Source: a virus (lineage: Duplodnaviria > Caudoviricetes). Taken from it: a stretch of 41,219 nt of DNA. The stretch's first letter is position 1; each line of letters opens with the position of its first letter. Below are positions 26,203 to 35,709 of this stretch, one piece after another. The position numbers were made by a program, and so were the translations under genes. The notes under the pieces were generated by a model that saw nothing but the letters and a program-made list of their open reading frames with translations, ran no database searches and was not told the DNA's origin. The DNA lies in the IMG/VR virus record IMGVR_UViG_3300005512_004265, positions 1-41,219 of that record; one strand, 5' to 3'.

Positions 26203-29200
26203 TGTTAGATTTACGAACTAATTTACCCAGCCGCGCGAACGACGTCGCCGATTTAGTGATCGCGAAAGCTTATCGCAATTTAGGCTTTAACCGTTCCGCC
26301 GCCGAAACTTTCGGGGCGTGGTACGTTTCCAAGACGCCAACGGGCAACGTGATCGAAGACGAAACGCCTGGCCGAAAATCTCGCACCGAGTTGGCGACGA
26401 CGGGGAGTGTTTTTGACGGCACGAATTACTTCGAAACCTTGACGGCAGGTTCAGAGGTTTGCGGTACGGATGACACAGCGTTCACGGTTCGCGTGGTTTT
26501 CAGCGGCAACGGATCATCGGCTAATGGCGACTATGTTTGTGCGACCCACGACGACTCACCGAGCGAGGGTTGGCGAATATGGCTGAACAGCGGGTTTATT
26601 AGTTTTTCCCTCCAAGACCTTGCCGGAGTAAACAGATCTGTTTCCTCCACGTTGACAGAAGCCCAGATACAAGCTGGCGGAATCTATGAGGTTGTCGGTG
26701 TTTATGATCCAGACGCGGATACTGTGTCGATTTACGTGAACGGAGAATACCACGAAGAAAACGCGGCCCCGTCGTTTGATGCGGCAACACAGGGACGTTT
26801 CCGGATAGCAACGAAAGCGAATGCAACCACCGGCAAATGGTTCGGCAATGTTTACGAAGCTCAGGTTTGGAACGATCAAGCATTAACAGCCGCCGAGATC
26901 GTTAGACTTTGGGGTAAGGAAATCAGCTACTTCCAAGGTGCGAAAGCCCCGTCGGTTGCGTGGTTGCTAGATGGACCAACGTGTACCGATCTAATCGGCG
27001 ACAACGATCTAACGCCGGTTGCCGATCCAGCGGCATACGTGGGATCATTTGGCAGCACGTGGCTGAACGATCAGGGGTACGGAACAACCGCTTATGAATC
27101 CGATTGGTCGTCCGGTCTTGATGGTTGGACGGTAGTAAATAATTCAACTATCGATGTTGTAGATTTTGAAGGGGAAACAAATGTCTTGAGATTGACCGTT
27201 GGAGATGAGGCATCCGAGCGAATGGAATTAGCTTCTGATTTTCTGACGGATGGCGAAAGTTACACTCTAAAATTCGACATCTATATCCCTAGCAGCAATA
27301 CGACGGTTGATTCAGTTAGATGGACAGCAAGTGCGATTGGGAGCGGAACACTATCGCCGTCTGACGCTTGGACAAGCTATACCCAAACCAACCAAGTCGC
27401 CGATACTGCGAATCCCATGAGACTTTACGCTATCGCAGGTGGTCAAGTTACAGGTTTGACCATCGGCGATGTTTTTTATCTTGCGAATGTCGAAATCATT
27501 GCGGAAGAAAGTGTTTTCCCGAAAAGGTGGAACGCTGATTTAAACTCAAAAGGTTACGCAGGAGACGTCAACTCATTCGGCCCATGCAAGAGGAACAGGG
27601 AATACAGCAACGGACCAGCGATTGACTTAAACGGAGTCGATCAATACGGAGTCAAGCCAAATTCGCACGATTACAGCGGTGAGGATTGGACGTTATCAGG
27701 TTATTGTCTAACCGATGCTGGCGGAACAAGAGATATTCTATCCCAGACAAGCGGAACAGGTCAGGGAAGGACAATTTTTGGGCGTTACGTTACCACAAAC
27801 AAATGGGTAACGAATGTAGGCGGATCTGCTGCTGAATTTTCTAGTATTTCCGATATTGTTTTGGGGCGAGAGTATTTTTTCGAATTAGTACATGATTACT
27901 CAGCTTCGTCTATGACTTTAACGGTGACTGATTTGACCACAAGCGTCACTGAGTCAGAAACTTTAACTTCATTGGTGATGGAATCGGCCAATGGTGACTT
28001 CAATGTTGGGGCGAATAGACTTGCAACGACATTTTGGGATGGCAAAATTTGGGGCCTATCACTCGAATGCACAACCGATCCAACGAAGTCATTCAATTGC
28101 CCGATCAGCGAAGAAGTTGGGATCGTTTCGCACAACACATTGAACCCCGCATCGCCGATTGCGTGGCAAGGCGACCCAACGTGGGACTTCACGGCGAACG
28201 ATGTTTTCTTTCACGGTGAAACGGTTGGCTACAGTTCGGTTCCGATTTTCGTTGACCCAGTTGAGCTTATCGCCAACGGTAACATCAATATGGACGGCAT
28301 TAAAACAGCCAGCATCGAAATTGATTTCTTAACTCGGAGTAAAACAAATACGTTCTATTGCCAAGGCTCAGTATCACCGTTCCGACTTAGTTTTACGACC
28401 GCCGGTTTCACGTTCAGCTACCGTGACGACACCAACGCAGTAGTTTCTTCAACAATCCCAATGACTTACGAAACGGGTGTTGTGTATCGCTTGAAATTCG
28501 ATTTGGTTGAGCACGATACGAATCCGACAACAGAAAGTTACGCAACTGTTTCGGATCGCATAACTGGTGAAGTTTATGGGACAGTGACGGGGTTGAATTT
28601 TGCTGCTAGTACAGCGTCGTCCAATAGTGGGCCTGCACAAATAGGCTCATACGCAAATGCGACCTCGTCTGTTGATGCAGATATTTATAGGGTTCGGTCT
28701 GTGATCGGTGGAGTTAAAGAACTACTTTGGACTTCTGACAATTACTTAGTCAATCAGGCTAATGATTCGGCAATGAACGAGTCAGGCGGCACGCTTTCAG
28801 TCAAAAAGATTCCAGCCGTATCGAAAGCCCTTGACGCAAACGGGTATCCAACAACCAATCCCGCAGGCCCTTATCACAACCGCACCGCAGCGGAGGTAAC
28901 GGAAACGCCGGTTGCGAATAGCGATAGCGTGAACCCGATTTATTTTGCGGCGGAATTCGATGGGACAACGGCCCGCGAAAATCTAGGTAATCAAAAACTC
29001 GTAGATGGGTTTGATTTAGAATTCTCGTTTTACATGTCGTCCGGTGGTTCAGAACCAGTTATCGATTCCACGAACAATAACAGTGCCACTAACCCCGGTC
29101 TGGGCATAACAAAAGACAGTTCAGAAAATATATCGTTCGTGGTGCGTGGTGCTTCTGGTGCGATTAGCTACGATACTACATCGGCAATCTACAATTCACG

Positions 29201-29585
29201 GTGGACAAAAATACGAGTTAATCGATCAGGGGATACGATATCGTTTTTCATCGATGATGTTTTGGTTCAGTCCGGTTCAGTTAGCACAATTGGGTATGCC
29301 GCGACTGAATCAACCAACATGTTCTTGATGGGGCATATCTTTAGCAGTTACTCACCGGGGTACGTGAAGAATCTCAAGCTATCGACTGGCAGTACGGTTC
29401 TGATTGATCGACCGTATTACAAAGACAATCTTGACCGATCTTTGAATACAGACCACGGAGACGGAACTGGCATCACGTTCCTATCAAACGCGATGGAAAC
29501 CGATTTGAACCCAGAGTTCGCCGAAACCGAAACACGAGCCGTTACCAGCGGCGACCGCAAAATCATATCACTAGGAGCACGATAG
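26202..29585 (+). CDS. Large virion adhesin-like protein with multiple LamG/ConA-like jelly-roll and CBM-like domains
   Basis: VVGVYD...SIYVNG...FRIA...WFGNVYEAQVWNDQALTAAEI and two to three similar repeats; YESDWSSGLDGW CBM-like segment. Confidence 0.8.
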   Translation: MLDLRTNLPSRANDVADLVIAKAYRNLGFNRSAAETFGAWYVSKTPTGNVIEDETPGRKSRTELATTGSVFDGTNYFETLTAGSEVCGTDDTAFTVRVVFSGNGSSANGDYVCATHDDSPSEGWRIWLNSGFISFSLQDLAGVNRSVSSTLTEAQIQAGGIYEVVGVYDPDADTVSIYVNGEYHEENAAPSFDAATQGRFRIATKANATTGKWFGNVYEAQVWNDQALTAAEIVRLWGKEISYFQGAKAPSVAWLLDGPTCTDLIGDNDLTPVADPAAYVGSFGSTWLNDQGYGTTAYESDWSSGLDGWTVVNNSTIDVVDFEGETNVLRLTVGDEASERMELASDFLTDGESYTLKFDIYIPSSNTTVDSVRWTASAIGSGTLSPSDAWTSYTQTNQVADTANPMRLYAIAGGQVTGLTIGDVFYLANVEIIAEESVFPKRWNADLNSKGYAGDVNSFGPCKRNREYSNGPAIDLNGVDQYGVKPNSHDYSGEDWTLSGYCLTDAGGTRDILSQTSGTGQGRTIFGRYVTTNKWVTNVGGSAAEFSSISDIVLGREYFFELVHDYSASSMTLTVTDLTTSVTESETLTSLVMESANGDFNVGANRLATTFWDGKIWGLSLECTTDPTKSFNCPISEEVGIVSHNTLNPASPIAWQGDPTWDFTANDVFFHGETVGYSSVPIFVDPVELIANGNINMDGIKTASIEIDFLTRSKTNTFYCQGSVSPFRLSFTTAGFTFSYRDDTNAVVSSTIPMTYETGVVYRLKFDLVEHDTNPTTESYATVSDRITGEVYGTVTGLNFAASTASSNSGPAQIGSYANATSSVDADIYRVRSVIGGVKELLWTSDNYLVNQANDSAMNESGGTLSVKKIPAVSKALDANGYPTTNPAGPYHNRTAAEVTETPVANSDSVNPIYFAAEFDGTTARENLGNQKLVDGFDLEFSFYMSSGGSEPVIDSTNNNSATNPGLGITKDSSENISFVVRGASGAISYDTTSAIYNSRWTKIRVNRSGDTISFFIDDVLVQSGSVSTIGYAATESTNMFLMGHIFSSYSPGYVKNLKLSTGSTVLIDRPYYKDNLDRSLNTDHGDGTGITFLSNAMETDLNPEFAETETRAVTSGDRKIISLGAR

Positions 29586-29589
29586 GCCG

Positions 29590-30240
29590 ATGAAAAAATC
29601 AAACTTAATTCGATTGACCGGGACCGACGGTTTCGGCGACGCCTTCGCGACGAACGACGTTTCCGAACTTGAAACGGTTTCCGCCGGGGCGTGGTCCGCC
29701 GGTGAATTTAACGCGTTGTTTAAGTTATTCCAAAAGCTTTTTTCGCGTGGAACGCTTCAATCTGAATACGTCGGATTCGAGCGAGTCATTCCGGAAAAAG
29801 GGCAAGCAAAATTTTTGGCGGGTTTGTCAATGTCGACCGCCCGGTTGCTAATGCGGCCCCGCGACGAAAACGGTTTGCCGTTTTGCAATCTTGAAAACTT
29901 TCCGGTTTGGATCGAACCAACCGACGCGACCGCAACCGTTCCGGATGGTATGCCGTTCAACACCACAACCGAAACAACGATCGACCAGGAAACCGGCGAA
30001 GAAACGACAACCGTTTCGCCCGTGATTTGGCAAAATTACGACCCGGCGTCGCGCGGGCGGAAAATCCAGACGATCGGCCAACACGGTATTTTAACGGGAT
30101 CGTTTAACCGGAAAACGTTGTCGCGATCAGAAACATTGTGGCAGTTTTTACAGCTTGAAGAATCCGGGCATTTTACTTTATGGGCGAACGCCGATTATCA
30201 ATCGCTAGTCGCGGCGAACGCCGACCCGTCGCCAGAGTAG
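29590..30240 (+). CDS. Hypothetical protein (partner of the LamG protein)
   Basis: Adjacent ORF with phage-typical codon usage. Confidence 0.6.
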   Translation: MKKSNLIRLTGTDGFGDAFATNDVSELETVSAGAWSAGEFNALFKLFQKLFSRGTLQSEYVGFERVIPEKGQAKFLAGLSMSTARLLMRPRDENGLPFCNLENFPVWIEPTDATATVPDGMPFNTTTETTIDQETGEETTTVSPVIWQNYDPASRGRKIQTIGQHGILTGSFNRKTLSRSETLWQFLQLEESGHFTLWANADYQSLVAANADPSPE

Positions 30241-30254
30241 GAATAAAAAACTTT

Positions 30255-30356
30255 GCGGGGGTGACAAAGGTACGGACGAAGAAACGAACGTTTTGATTTG
30301 CTAGCAAAGTCAAACCGTGACGACTTCGGAATCGGGTTCGATTCCCGGCCCCCGCC
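30255..30356 (+). ncRNA. tRNA-like/tmRNA-TLD-like small RNA (~102 nt)
   Basis: 7-bp acceptor GCGGGGG/CCCCCGC, T-arm TCGGG-TTCGATT-CCCGG, stemless D-loop with GG, long interrupted central hairpin, 3-nt GAA linker. Confidence 0.6.
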
Positions 30357-30384
30357 CTAAACAAAAAACGAAACTATTTTTCGC

Positions 30385-30409
30385 AAGCTTTACAGAATCT
30401 GTAAAGCTT
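30385..30409. promoter_or_regulatory. 17-bp palindrome, copy 3, extended to 25 bp (before the capsid gene)
   Basis: AAGCTTTACAGAATCTGTAAAGCTT; TAAAGT at 30446. Confidence 0.7.
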
Positions 30410-30458
30410 TTTTTTTGTGCGACTTTGAAGCGGGCAACCCCGCGTTAAAGTTGTGGAC

Positions 30459-33191
30459 ATGCCAAACACAAAAACCAATATCCGCGACCGTCGAAAGAAA
30501 CGATCGGCCGAACGATCGAAACACAAGTCGGCCGCGTCGAGTTTACTTTCGCTGATTTATTCCCAACCGCTTTCGATTGAGTCGACCGCGTTAACCGGGA
30601 TCGTCGCCAATTTAAACGCAACGGCCGCCAGCGGAAAACCAGATTTTGAACCGACCGGGCTTTCTTCGCGACTGGTTGCCAGCCATTACCCAACCGCGCA
30701 AAACGCGTATTCAAACCGGGCCGCGAAAATCGGGTCGTCGGCGGTGATTTGCTTGGAAGGTTTTTTAGAGCCGAAAGAATCGTTTTGGTCGCGATGGGGA
30801 ATGACGACCGCACTTTCGGCATTCCGATCCGACGTTCAAGCGGCGATCGCCGATCCGGACGTCGAAACGATTTACATCTATTGCGATTCACCGGGCGGTA
30901 TTGCACTTGGCAACCAAGAAGCGGCCGACGTGTTATTCGAGGCGGGCAAGCAAAAAGAAACCGTCGGAGTCGGCGAAGGCTTGGTCGCGTCGGCGGCGTA
31001 TTTCATTTATTCAGCGTGCAACCAAAAAGTCGCGACGCCGTCGACGTTGATCGGGTCCATCGGATCGATGCGGATTCACGGCGAATCGTCGATCGCAAAC
31101 GCCGAATACGGCGACACGTTCACCGTATTTTCGTTTGGCCAACACAAGACCGACGGAAACGAATTCGAACCATTGACCGAGCAAGCCCGCGAAACCGTTC
31201 AAGCGGGCGTCGACACATTCGGAACGCAATTCGTTAACGCCGTCGCGCGGCATCAGAAAATATCTTTCGCGGACGTCATGGAGAATTACGGCCAAGGAAA
31301 AGTTTTCATTGCTGGCGAAGCGTTGCAACGCGGCATGATCGACCAAATCGGAACGTTTAATATTTCAACGGGCCGAATCAAAGCGGAACAGGATTCGACG
31401 ACGTCGTCGATATCACAAAACACAGCGACGGAGCAAAAACCCGTTGCTAAAACGGATCGTCGAACCGAGTCGCCGACGACCAAAAAAACAATTTCGTCGG
31501 GCGACTCGACTAACCCTATCGAGGTTTCAAGAATGAAGTTTTCCGAAAAAATCGTTTGCACTTTTGTTGCATTCGGTCTAATCAAATCCGCAACCGCCAG
31601 CGACGACGTGATCGAAGCGGCGTTCAGTGCGTTTTGTAACGCCCGTGGCGTCGATATGCCAGCCGCCGACGATGACGCGGCGATTATGGCGATCGTTAAC
31701 CCGGCCGCCAAGCAGACAGCCAGCACGCCGCCACAAACGCCAACGCAGCCTAGCCCCCAACCGATCGCCCAGTCGGTCGAGTTGATCGCAACCGAAACCC
31801 GCGAAGTCGAACGCGACCGCCGCATTTCGGCGTTAAGCGGTGCGGCGTCAACGTTGAAAAATTTCGGTTTCGAGTTGTCGGCGACTGATTTGTCGACCGC
31901 CGTTGATTCCGAAGAATCGACCGACGCGATCATTTCGAAATGGCATTCGGCCGCATCGAACGCAAACGCCAGCGGCGATGGCCGGTTGCCGTCACAGCAA
32001 ATCGCGTTTACCGCCGATTCGCACGACAAGTTTAACAACGAAGCGACAAACCGTTTGCTTCAGTTGGCCGGATGCAAAGCCCAGGTCGACAGCGAATCGG
32101 TTTCGTCGATGCGAAATTGGTCGGCAAAAGATATCTTTCAAGCGTCAATGGATCGGATGGGAATGCCGCACCAAATTGGCGGCGACTACGATTTGGATTT
32201 CCAACGGGCCCAGCTTCGCGGAATGAACCAAGTCGGCGAAACCCGTTTGCCGGAATCGTCGTCGGTCACTGGCTATACCACGCCCAGCGACCTATCGGCC
32301 GTGATTGGCCGAACGGTTCAAGTCATGTTCGATACCGCAATGGACTTGAAAGAAACCACGTTTCGCGAATGGACGGGGCAGTTACCCGATTCGGATTCGC
32401 TTGACCCGAAAGCGTTGGTCGCCATTTCGTCGGCTTCGACGCTAGACGAGGTGATCGGAACCCAAGCCGCGAAGGAATTCGCTTTCGAACAAGAGTTGGT
32501 CGGAAACGCTTATTTCAACCAGTTTCATAACTTCGTGCCCGTTTCGTTTGAAATGAGTTACGGAAACAACATCGCGATTTTTTATGAGAAAATTGCGGCG
32601 ATGGGCGAAGCGATCCCGCTAACCGATCAAGATTTGGTTTTAAAAATCTTGCATTCGAGCGAAACCATTTCCGACACGGGCGTCGCGCTATTCCACGCGA
32701 ACCGGGGCAATTTGTTCACCGGCGGTTCGGCAGGCGTTCCGTCGCTTGCCCAAGCCGAAGCCCACGAAAACGCGTTTATGAATCGCGTCGGCGTGGGAAC
32801 CAACGCCCGGCGACTGAATCTTCGCCCAGCAATCGCGTTAGTCCCAACGGGTCAAAAGTTGGCCGCGAAGCAAACGTATAACGACCCGGCCACGTTTGCG
32901 GAAATGGTTTCCAAGCAAACCGACGCAACCAAGAACCCGCACGCGGGCGGCGGTGTGAAAGTGATCACCGAACCGAGCTTGGCCGATTACAGTGCGACCG
33001 CTTGGTATACGTTCACCGATCCAAGCCGACACCCGGCCATTGTGAGAATGTACCTTCAGGGATTCGGCCCCGGCGGCCGTCGAACGCAATCCGTCGACAC
33101 CGATCGACGTTGCGTTAAATACCATATTCAACACGTCGTCGGGGCAGGCGTTAAAAACGCCCGATACGTCAACAAAGACGACGGGGCGTAA
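30459..33191 (+). CDS. Fused S49/ClpP-like prohead protease, scaffold and major capsid protein
   Basis: DSPGG, ASAAY, GSIGS, GQHK (S49); S/T/P linker and coiled coil; C-terminal capsid motifs (TFREW, ALFHANRGN, LRPAIALVP). Confidence 0.88.
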   Translation: MPNTKTNIRDRRKKRSAERSKHKSAASSLLSLIYSQPLSIESTALTGIVANLNATAASGKPDFEPTGLSSRLVASHYPTAQNAYSNRAAKIGSSAVICLEGFLEPKESFWSRWGMTTALSAFRSDVQAAIADPDVETIYIYCDSPGGIALGNQEAADVLFEAGKQKETVGVGEGLVASAAYFIYSACNQKVATPSTLIGSIGSMRIHGESSIANAEYGDTFTVFSFGQHKTDGNEFEPLTEQARETVQAGVDTFGTQFVNAVARHQKISFADVMENYGQGKVFIAGEALQRGMIDQIGTFNISTGRIKAEQDSTTSSISQNTATEQKPVAKTDRRTESPTTKKTISSGDSTNPIEVSRMKFSEKIVCTFVAFGLIKSATASDDVIEAAFSAFCNARGVDMPAADDDAAIMAIVNPAAKQTASTPPQTPTQPSPQPIAQSVELIATETREVERDRRISALSGAASTLKNFGFELSATDLSTAVDSEESTDAIISKWHSAASNANASGDGRLPSQQIAFTADSHDKFNNEATNRLLQLAGCKAQVDSESVSSMRNWSAKDIFQASMDRMGMPHQIGGDYDLDFQRAQLRGMNQVGETRLPESSSVTGYTTPSDLSAVIGRTVQVMFDTAMDLKETTFREWTGQLPDSDSLDPKALVAISSASTLDEVIGTQAAKEFAFEQELVGNAYFNQFHNFVPVSFEMSYGNNIAIFYEKIAAMGEAIPLTDQDLVLKILHSSETISDTGVALFHANRGNLFTGGSAGVPSLAQAEAHENAFMNRVGVGTNARRLNLRPAIALVPTGQKLAAKQTYNDPATFAEMVSKQTDATKNPHAGGGVKVITEPSLADYSATAWYTFTDPSRHPAIVRMYLQGFGPGGRRTQSVDTDRRCVKYHIQHVVGAGVKNARYVNKDDGA

Positions 33192-33209
33192 ACCAAACGC
33201 GTGATCTTG

Positions 33210-33241
33210 GCGGCGGTTGATTCCGCCGCATTTCTCTTTTT
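33210..33241 (+). terminator. Putative terminator after the capsid gene
   Basis: GCGGCGG-ttgatt-CCGCCGC followed by a T-rich tract. Confidence 0.5.
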
Positions 33242-33280
33242 AATTTTCAAAAACGATTCCATAAAATAAAGGCTTTTAAA

Positions 33281-34000
33281 ATGCAAATGGGAAACTTGGT
33301 CCGCGAAGATCGATATACTTTTCGCGGCAATACTCTAATCACGGCGACCGGATCGCCAAGCGACTTGCCGTGGCGAAAAAACGTCGCGGGATCAACCCCG
33401 GCGACGATCGGCCCCAGCGGCGGCGACGTTGAATTGGCGTTGACCAGCTTCGACGGTGCGCAATCGTGCGTTTTGCACATGGACGACGTTTTGTCGTACG
33501 ACATCGACGATTTGATCGCGATCGATTTCGTTTGGTCGTTGACCCTTTCGGGATCGACGCCCGACGTCGCTTTTGGCGTCGCTTCGACCGGGCTTGGCGA
33601 AACCACCGTCGCAGGTTTGGAAGATTCGGCATTGTTCCGCGTCAATGGTGATTCGCTTGCTCTTAAAGCAATGACCGAAGTCGGCGGCACAACCACGTCG
33701 GAAACATCCGGCCAGATCGTCGGCGGCGGTGATTATCTGACAAGCCGAATCGATTTCGCGACCGGCGTCAAACCGTTCAGCGATCCGCGTTCGCTTCCGA
33801 AATCCGGGAAAGGGGCGATTTCGTTTCTTTCGGGCAATCCGTCAAACGGCCGGGCGTTGGAAAAGTTGGTTTCAACCGAATTCGATTTGTCGAGTTATTC
33901 CGGATCGGTTCAGCCGGTCGCGTTGCTGGCGAAAGCATCCGGGGCCGAAACATGCGTTTTGAAAATCCGCGAAATTTGCGTTCAATACAAAGCGTCTTGA
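33281..34000 (+). CDS. Putative capsid decoration/minor structural protein
   Basis: Directly follows the capsid gene; beta-rich, G/S/T-rich. Confidence 0.55.
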   Translation: MQMGNLVREDRYTFRGNTLITATGSPSDLPWRKNVAGSTPATIGPSGGDVELALTSFDGAQSCVLHMDDVLSYDIDDLIAIDFVWSLTLSGSTPDVAFGVASTGLGETTVAGLEDSALFRVNGDSLALKAMTEVGGTTTSETSGQIVGGGDYLTSRIDFATGVKPFSDPRSLPKSGKGAISFLSGNPSNGRALEKLVSTEFDLSSYSGSVQPVALLAKASGAETCVLKIREICVQYKAS

Positions 34001-34047
34001 TTTGGTTTTTTTGATTTAGAAAGCTTGCGAGTTTTTCGTTTTGGTGG

Positions 34048-34082
34048 CGGGCCGGAGTTTGCGAAAGCTTCGGCCCGTTTTT
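34048..34082 (+). terminator. Intrinsic terminator
   Basis: CGGGCCGGAG...CTTCGGCCCG plus TTTTT. Confidence 0.65.
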
Positions 34083-34100
34083 GTTTAAGAAGGTTTCAAA

Positions 34101-34451
34101 ATGGCCGCGATCGACCGTTACAAAAAAGCGTTTAAGCGTTTGATGGGGACACATCAAACGGCAACCGCCACGCTTCGCCGCGACAATACCGCCGACGTCG
34201 CCTTGCCCATTATCGAAATCACACAAACGGACATTCAGGAGACAGGCGAATTCAGAAAACAAAAGACGGTCAAGTTTTACAAAATCACGGGCGACGCTGA
34301 TTTGGTCGGCGTAGCTGAATTGATCATCGGCGACGATTTATTGATCGGCGGCCGAACGTTTCGTTTTTCCGGCGACGTGATCGAGGAAAACCCCGCGTCG
34401 ATCACCGCAAATTTTGACGTTTATCAAATGCCATTTAGAGCCAGCGAATAA
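34101..34451 (+). CDS. Putative head-tail joining (stopper/FII-like) protein
   Basis: Size, position, and GDDLLIGGRTFRF motif. Confidence 0.55.
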   Translation: MAAIDRYKKAFKRLMGTHQTATATLRRDNTADVALPIIEITQTDIQETGEFRKQKTVKFYKITGDADLVGVAELIIGDDLLIGGRTFRFSGDVIEENPASITANFDVYQMPFRASE

Positions 34452-35029
34452 TGGTTACCGCTTCAAATTTTTCCGGATTCTTGACGACCGTCGTCGACTT
34501 GCTGAAATCGTCCGCCGATTTCCGCGAAAGATTGGGAACGTATCACGACGCCGGTTTTTTTGTTGATCCCGGAGCCGTCACCGAAGCTGAATCGCTTCCG
34601 TTTATTTGGGGAATCGATAACGCATTTTTTCACGCGTTAGCCGATTCGAGCCACCCCGACCGCAAAACCGCGACCGGGCTAATGCCGTTTGCGGAAATCT
34701 CAAATCAACAGCACGTCGAAACCAACCCGTCGGCGTCGTGCGGAGAAGCATTCACCCAACTTTCGACCGCGTGGAAAATCGTAATTTGCGACCACGCCCG
34801 CAACGGCGACTCGGCGTCGATTACCGCCGACCCGTTGGCGAGCATGAAAGATTTTGTCGCTTGGACGGGCGGGATTTTGGAAAACTTTAAAACCGCCAAT
34901 GCAAACGCTGTTTACGCGTTCGATTCGATTTCGATCGGCCGAATCGCGAGAACCGCCCCGCTTAAACGTGGCGAATTCGTCGACTACTGGTTTGCGGAAT
35001 TTGACTTGGTTATTGATTCGGGCTCATAG
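34451..35029 (+). CDS. Putative tail terminator/completion protein
   Basis: Position in the neck module; alpha/beta pattern ending YWFAEFDLVI. Confidence 0.5.
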   Translation: MVTASNFSGFLTTVVDLLKSSADFRERLGTYHDAGFFVDPGAVTEAESLPFIWGIDNAFFHALADSSHPDRKTATGLMPFAEISNQQHVETNPSASCGEAFTQLSTAWKIVICDHARNGDSASITADPLASMKDFVAWTGGILENFKTANANAVYAFDSISIGRIARTAPLKRGEFVDYWFAEFDLVIDSGS

Positions 35030-35031
35030 AA

Positions 35032-35709
35032 ATGAAAATCACGGAAGAAATCAAGCAAGCCGCGTTTAATTGTTTAACCGTTTACAAAAACGCGTCGGCG
35101 TTCGTACCCGTCTTGGAACATTACAACGAAGAATGGATTCAGTCGATCGACACTTTAAAAGACGGAAAACAGATCCGCCGGATTACGATTCGCGGTTCCG
35201 ACGACCCGGTCGACTGGCTTCGTAACTTGGATTTGAAACAACGGCCGGTCGTGCCCGGTTTCAACGCGTCGCGGGGCGTGATCAAGTCGGCCCGCACGTT
35301 ATTAACCGGATTGATCAAGCACGACTTCGACTTCAACGACGCCCGCCCGATCCAAATCGAGGGGCATTCAAAAGGCGGGGCCGTCGCTCAGGTGTTGGCC
35401 GTTTGGCTTCACGATCGCGGTTGCAAGATCGACGACGTGATCACGTTTGGCTGCCCCCGGATCACCCGCCAAGCGTTTGAATATCCGTTTCCCGTCACGC
35501 AAATATCCGTCGCAGGTGATCCGGTTCCATTCGTTCCGTGCTGGCGACCGTGGCGGCCGTTCCAGTGGACGTGGCGACACAATGGCGACACGCAAAAACT
35601 AGGTCGTCGGACGATGGCGACCGAGTCGAAAGAATTCTTTTTGATTAAACGAATGATTTCTTCGCATTTAATGGCCAATTATTGTTCCGTGTTGGGGGTC
35701 AAGTGTTAG
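35032..35709 (+). CDS. Class 3 lipase (alpha/beta hydrolase)
   Basis: IRGSD..DWL.NL, GHSKGG (nucleophile elbow), TFGCPR, GDPVP (Asp), SHLMANY (His). Confidence 0.88.
   Translation: MKITEEIKQAAFNCLTVYKNASAFVPVLEHYNEEWIQSIDTLKDGKQIRRITIRGSDDPVDWLRNLDLKQRPVVPGFNASRGVIKSARTLLTGLIKHDFDFNDARPIQIEGHSKGGAVAQVLAVWLHDRGCKIDDVITFGCPRITRQAFEYPFPVTQISVAGDPVPFVPCWRPWRPFQWTWRHNGDTQKLGRRTMATESKEFFLIKRMISSHLMANYCSVLGVKC

Noticed and set aside
30255-30356. Amber-suppressor or pyrrolysine tRNA (CTA in the hairpin tip)
   Set aside because: The arm is far too long and lacks a 7-nt anticodon loop. TAG is used as a normal stop (e.g. portal, 9605, 30240) with no sign of recoding.
31286-32038. Long minus-strand ORFs antisense to capsid and other core genes
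   Set aside because: Shadow ORFs expected from the codon bias of the + strand genes.
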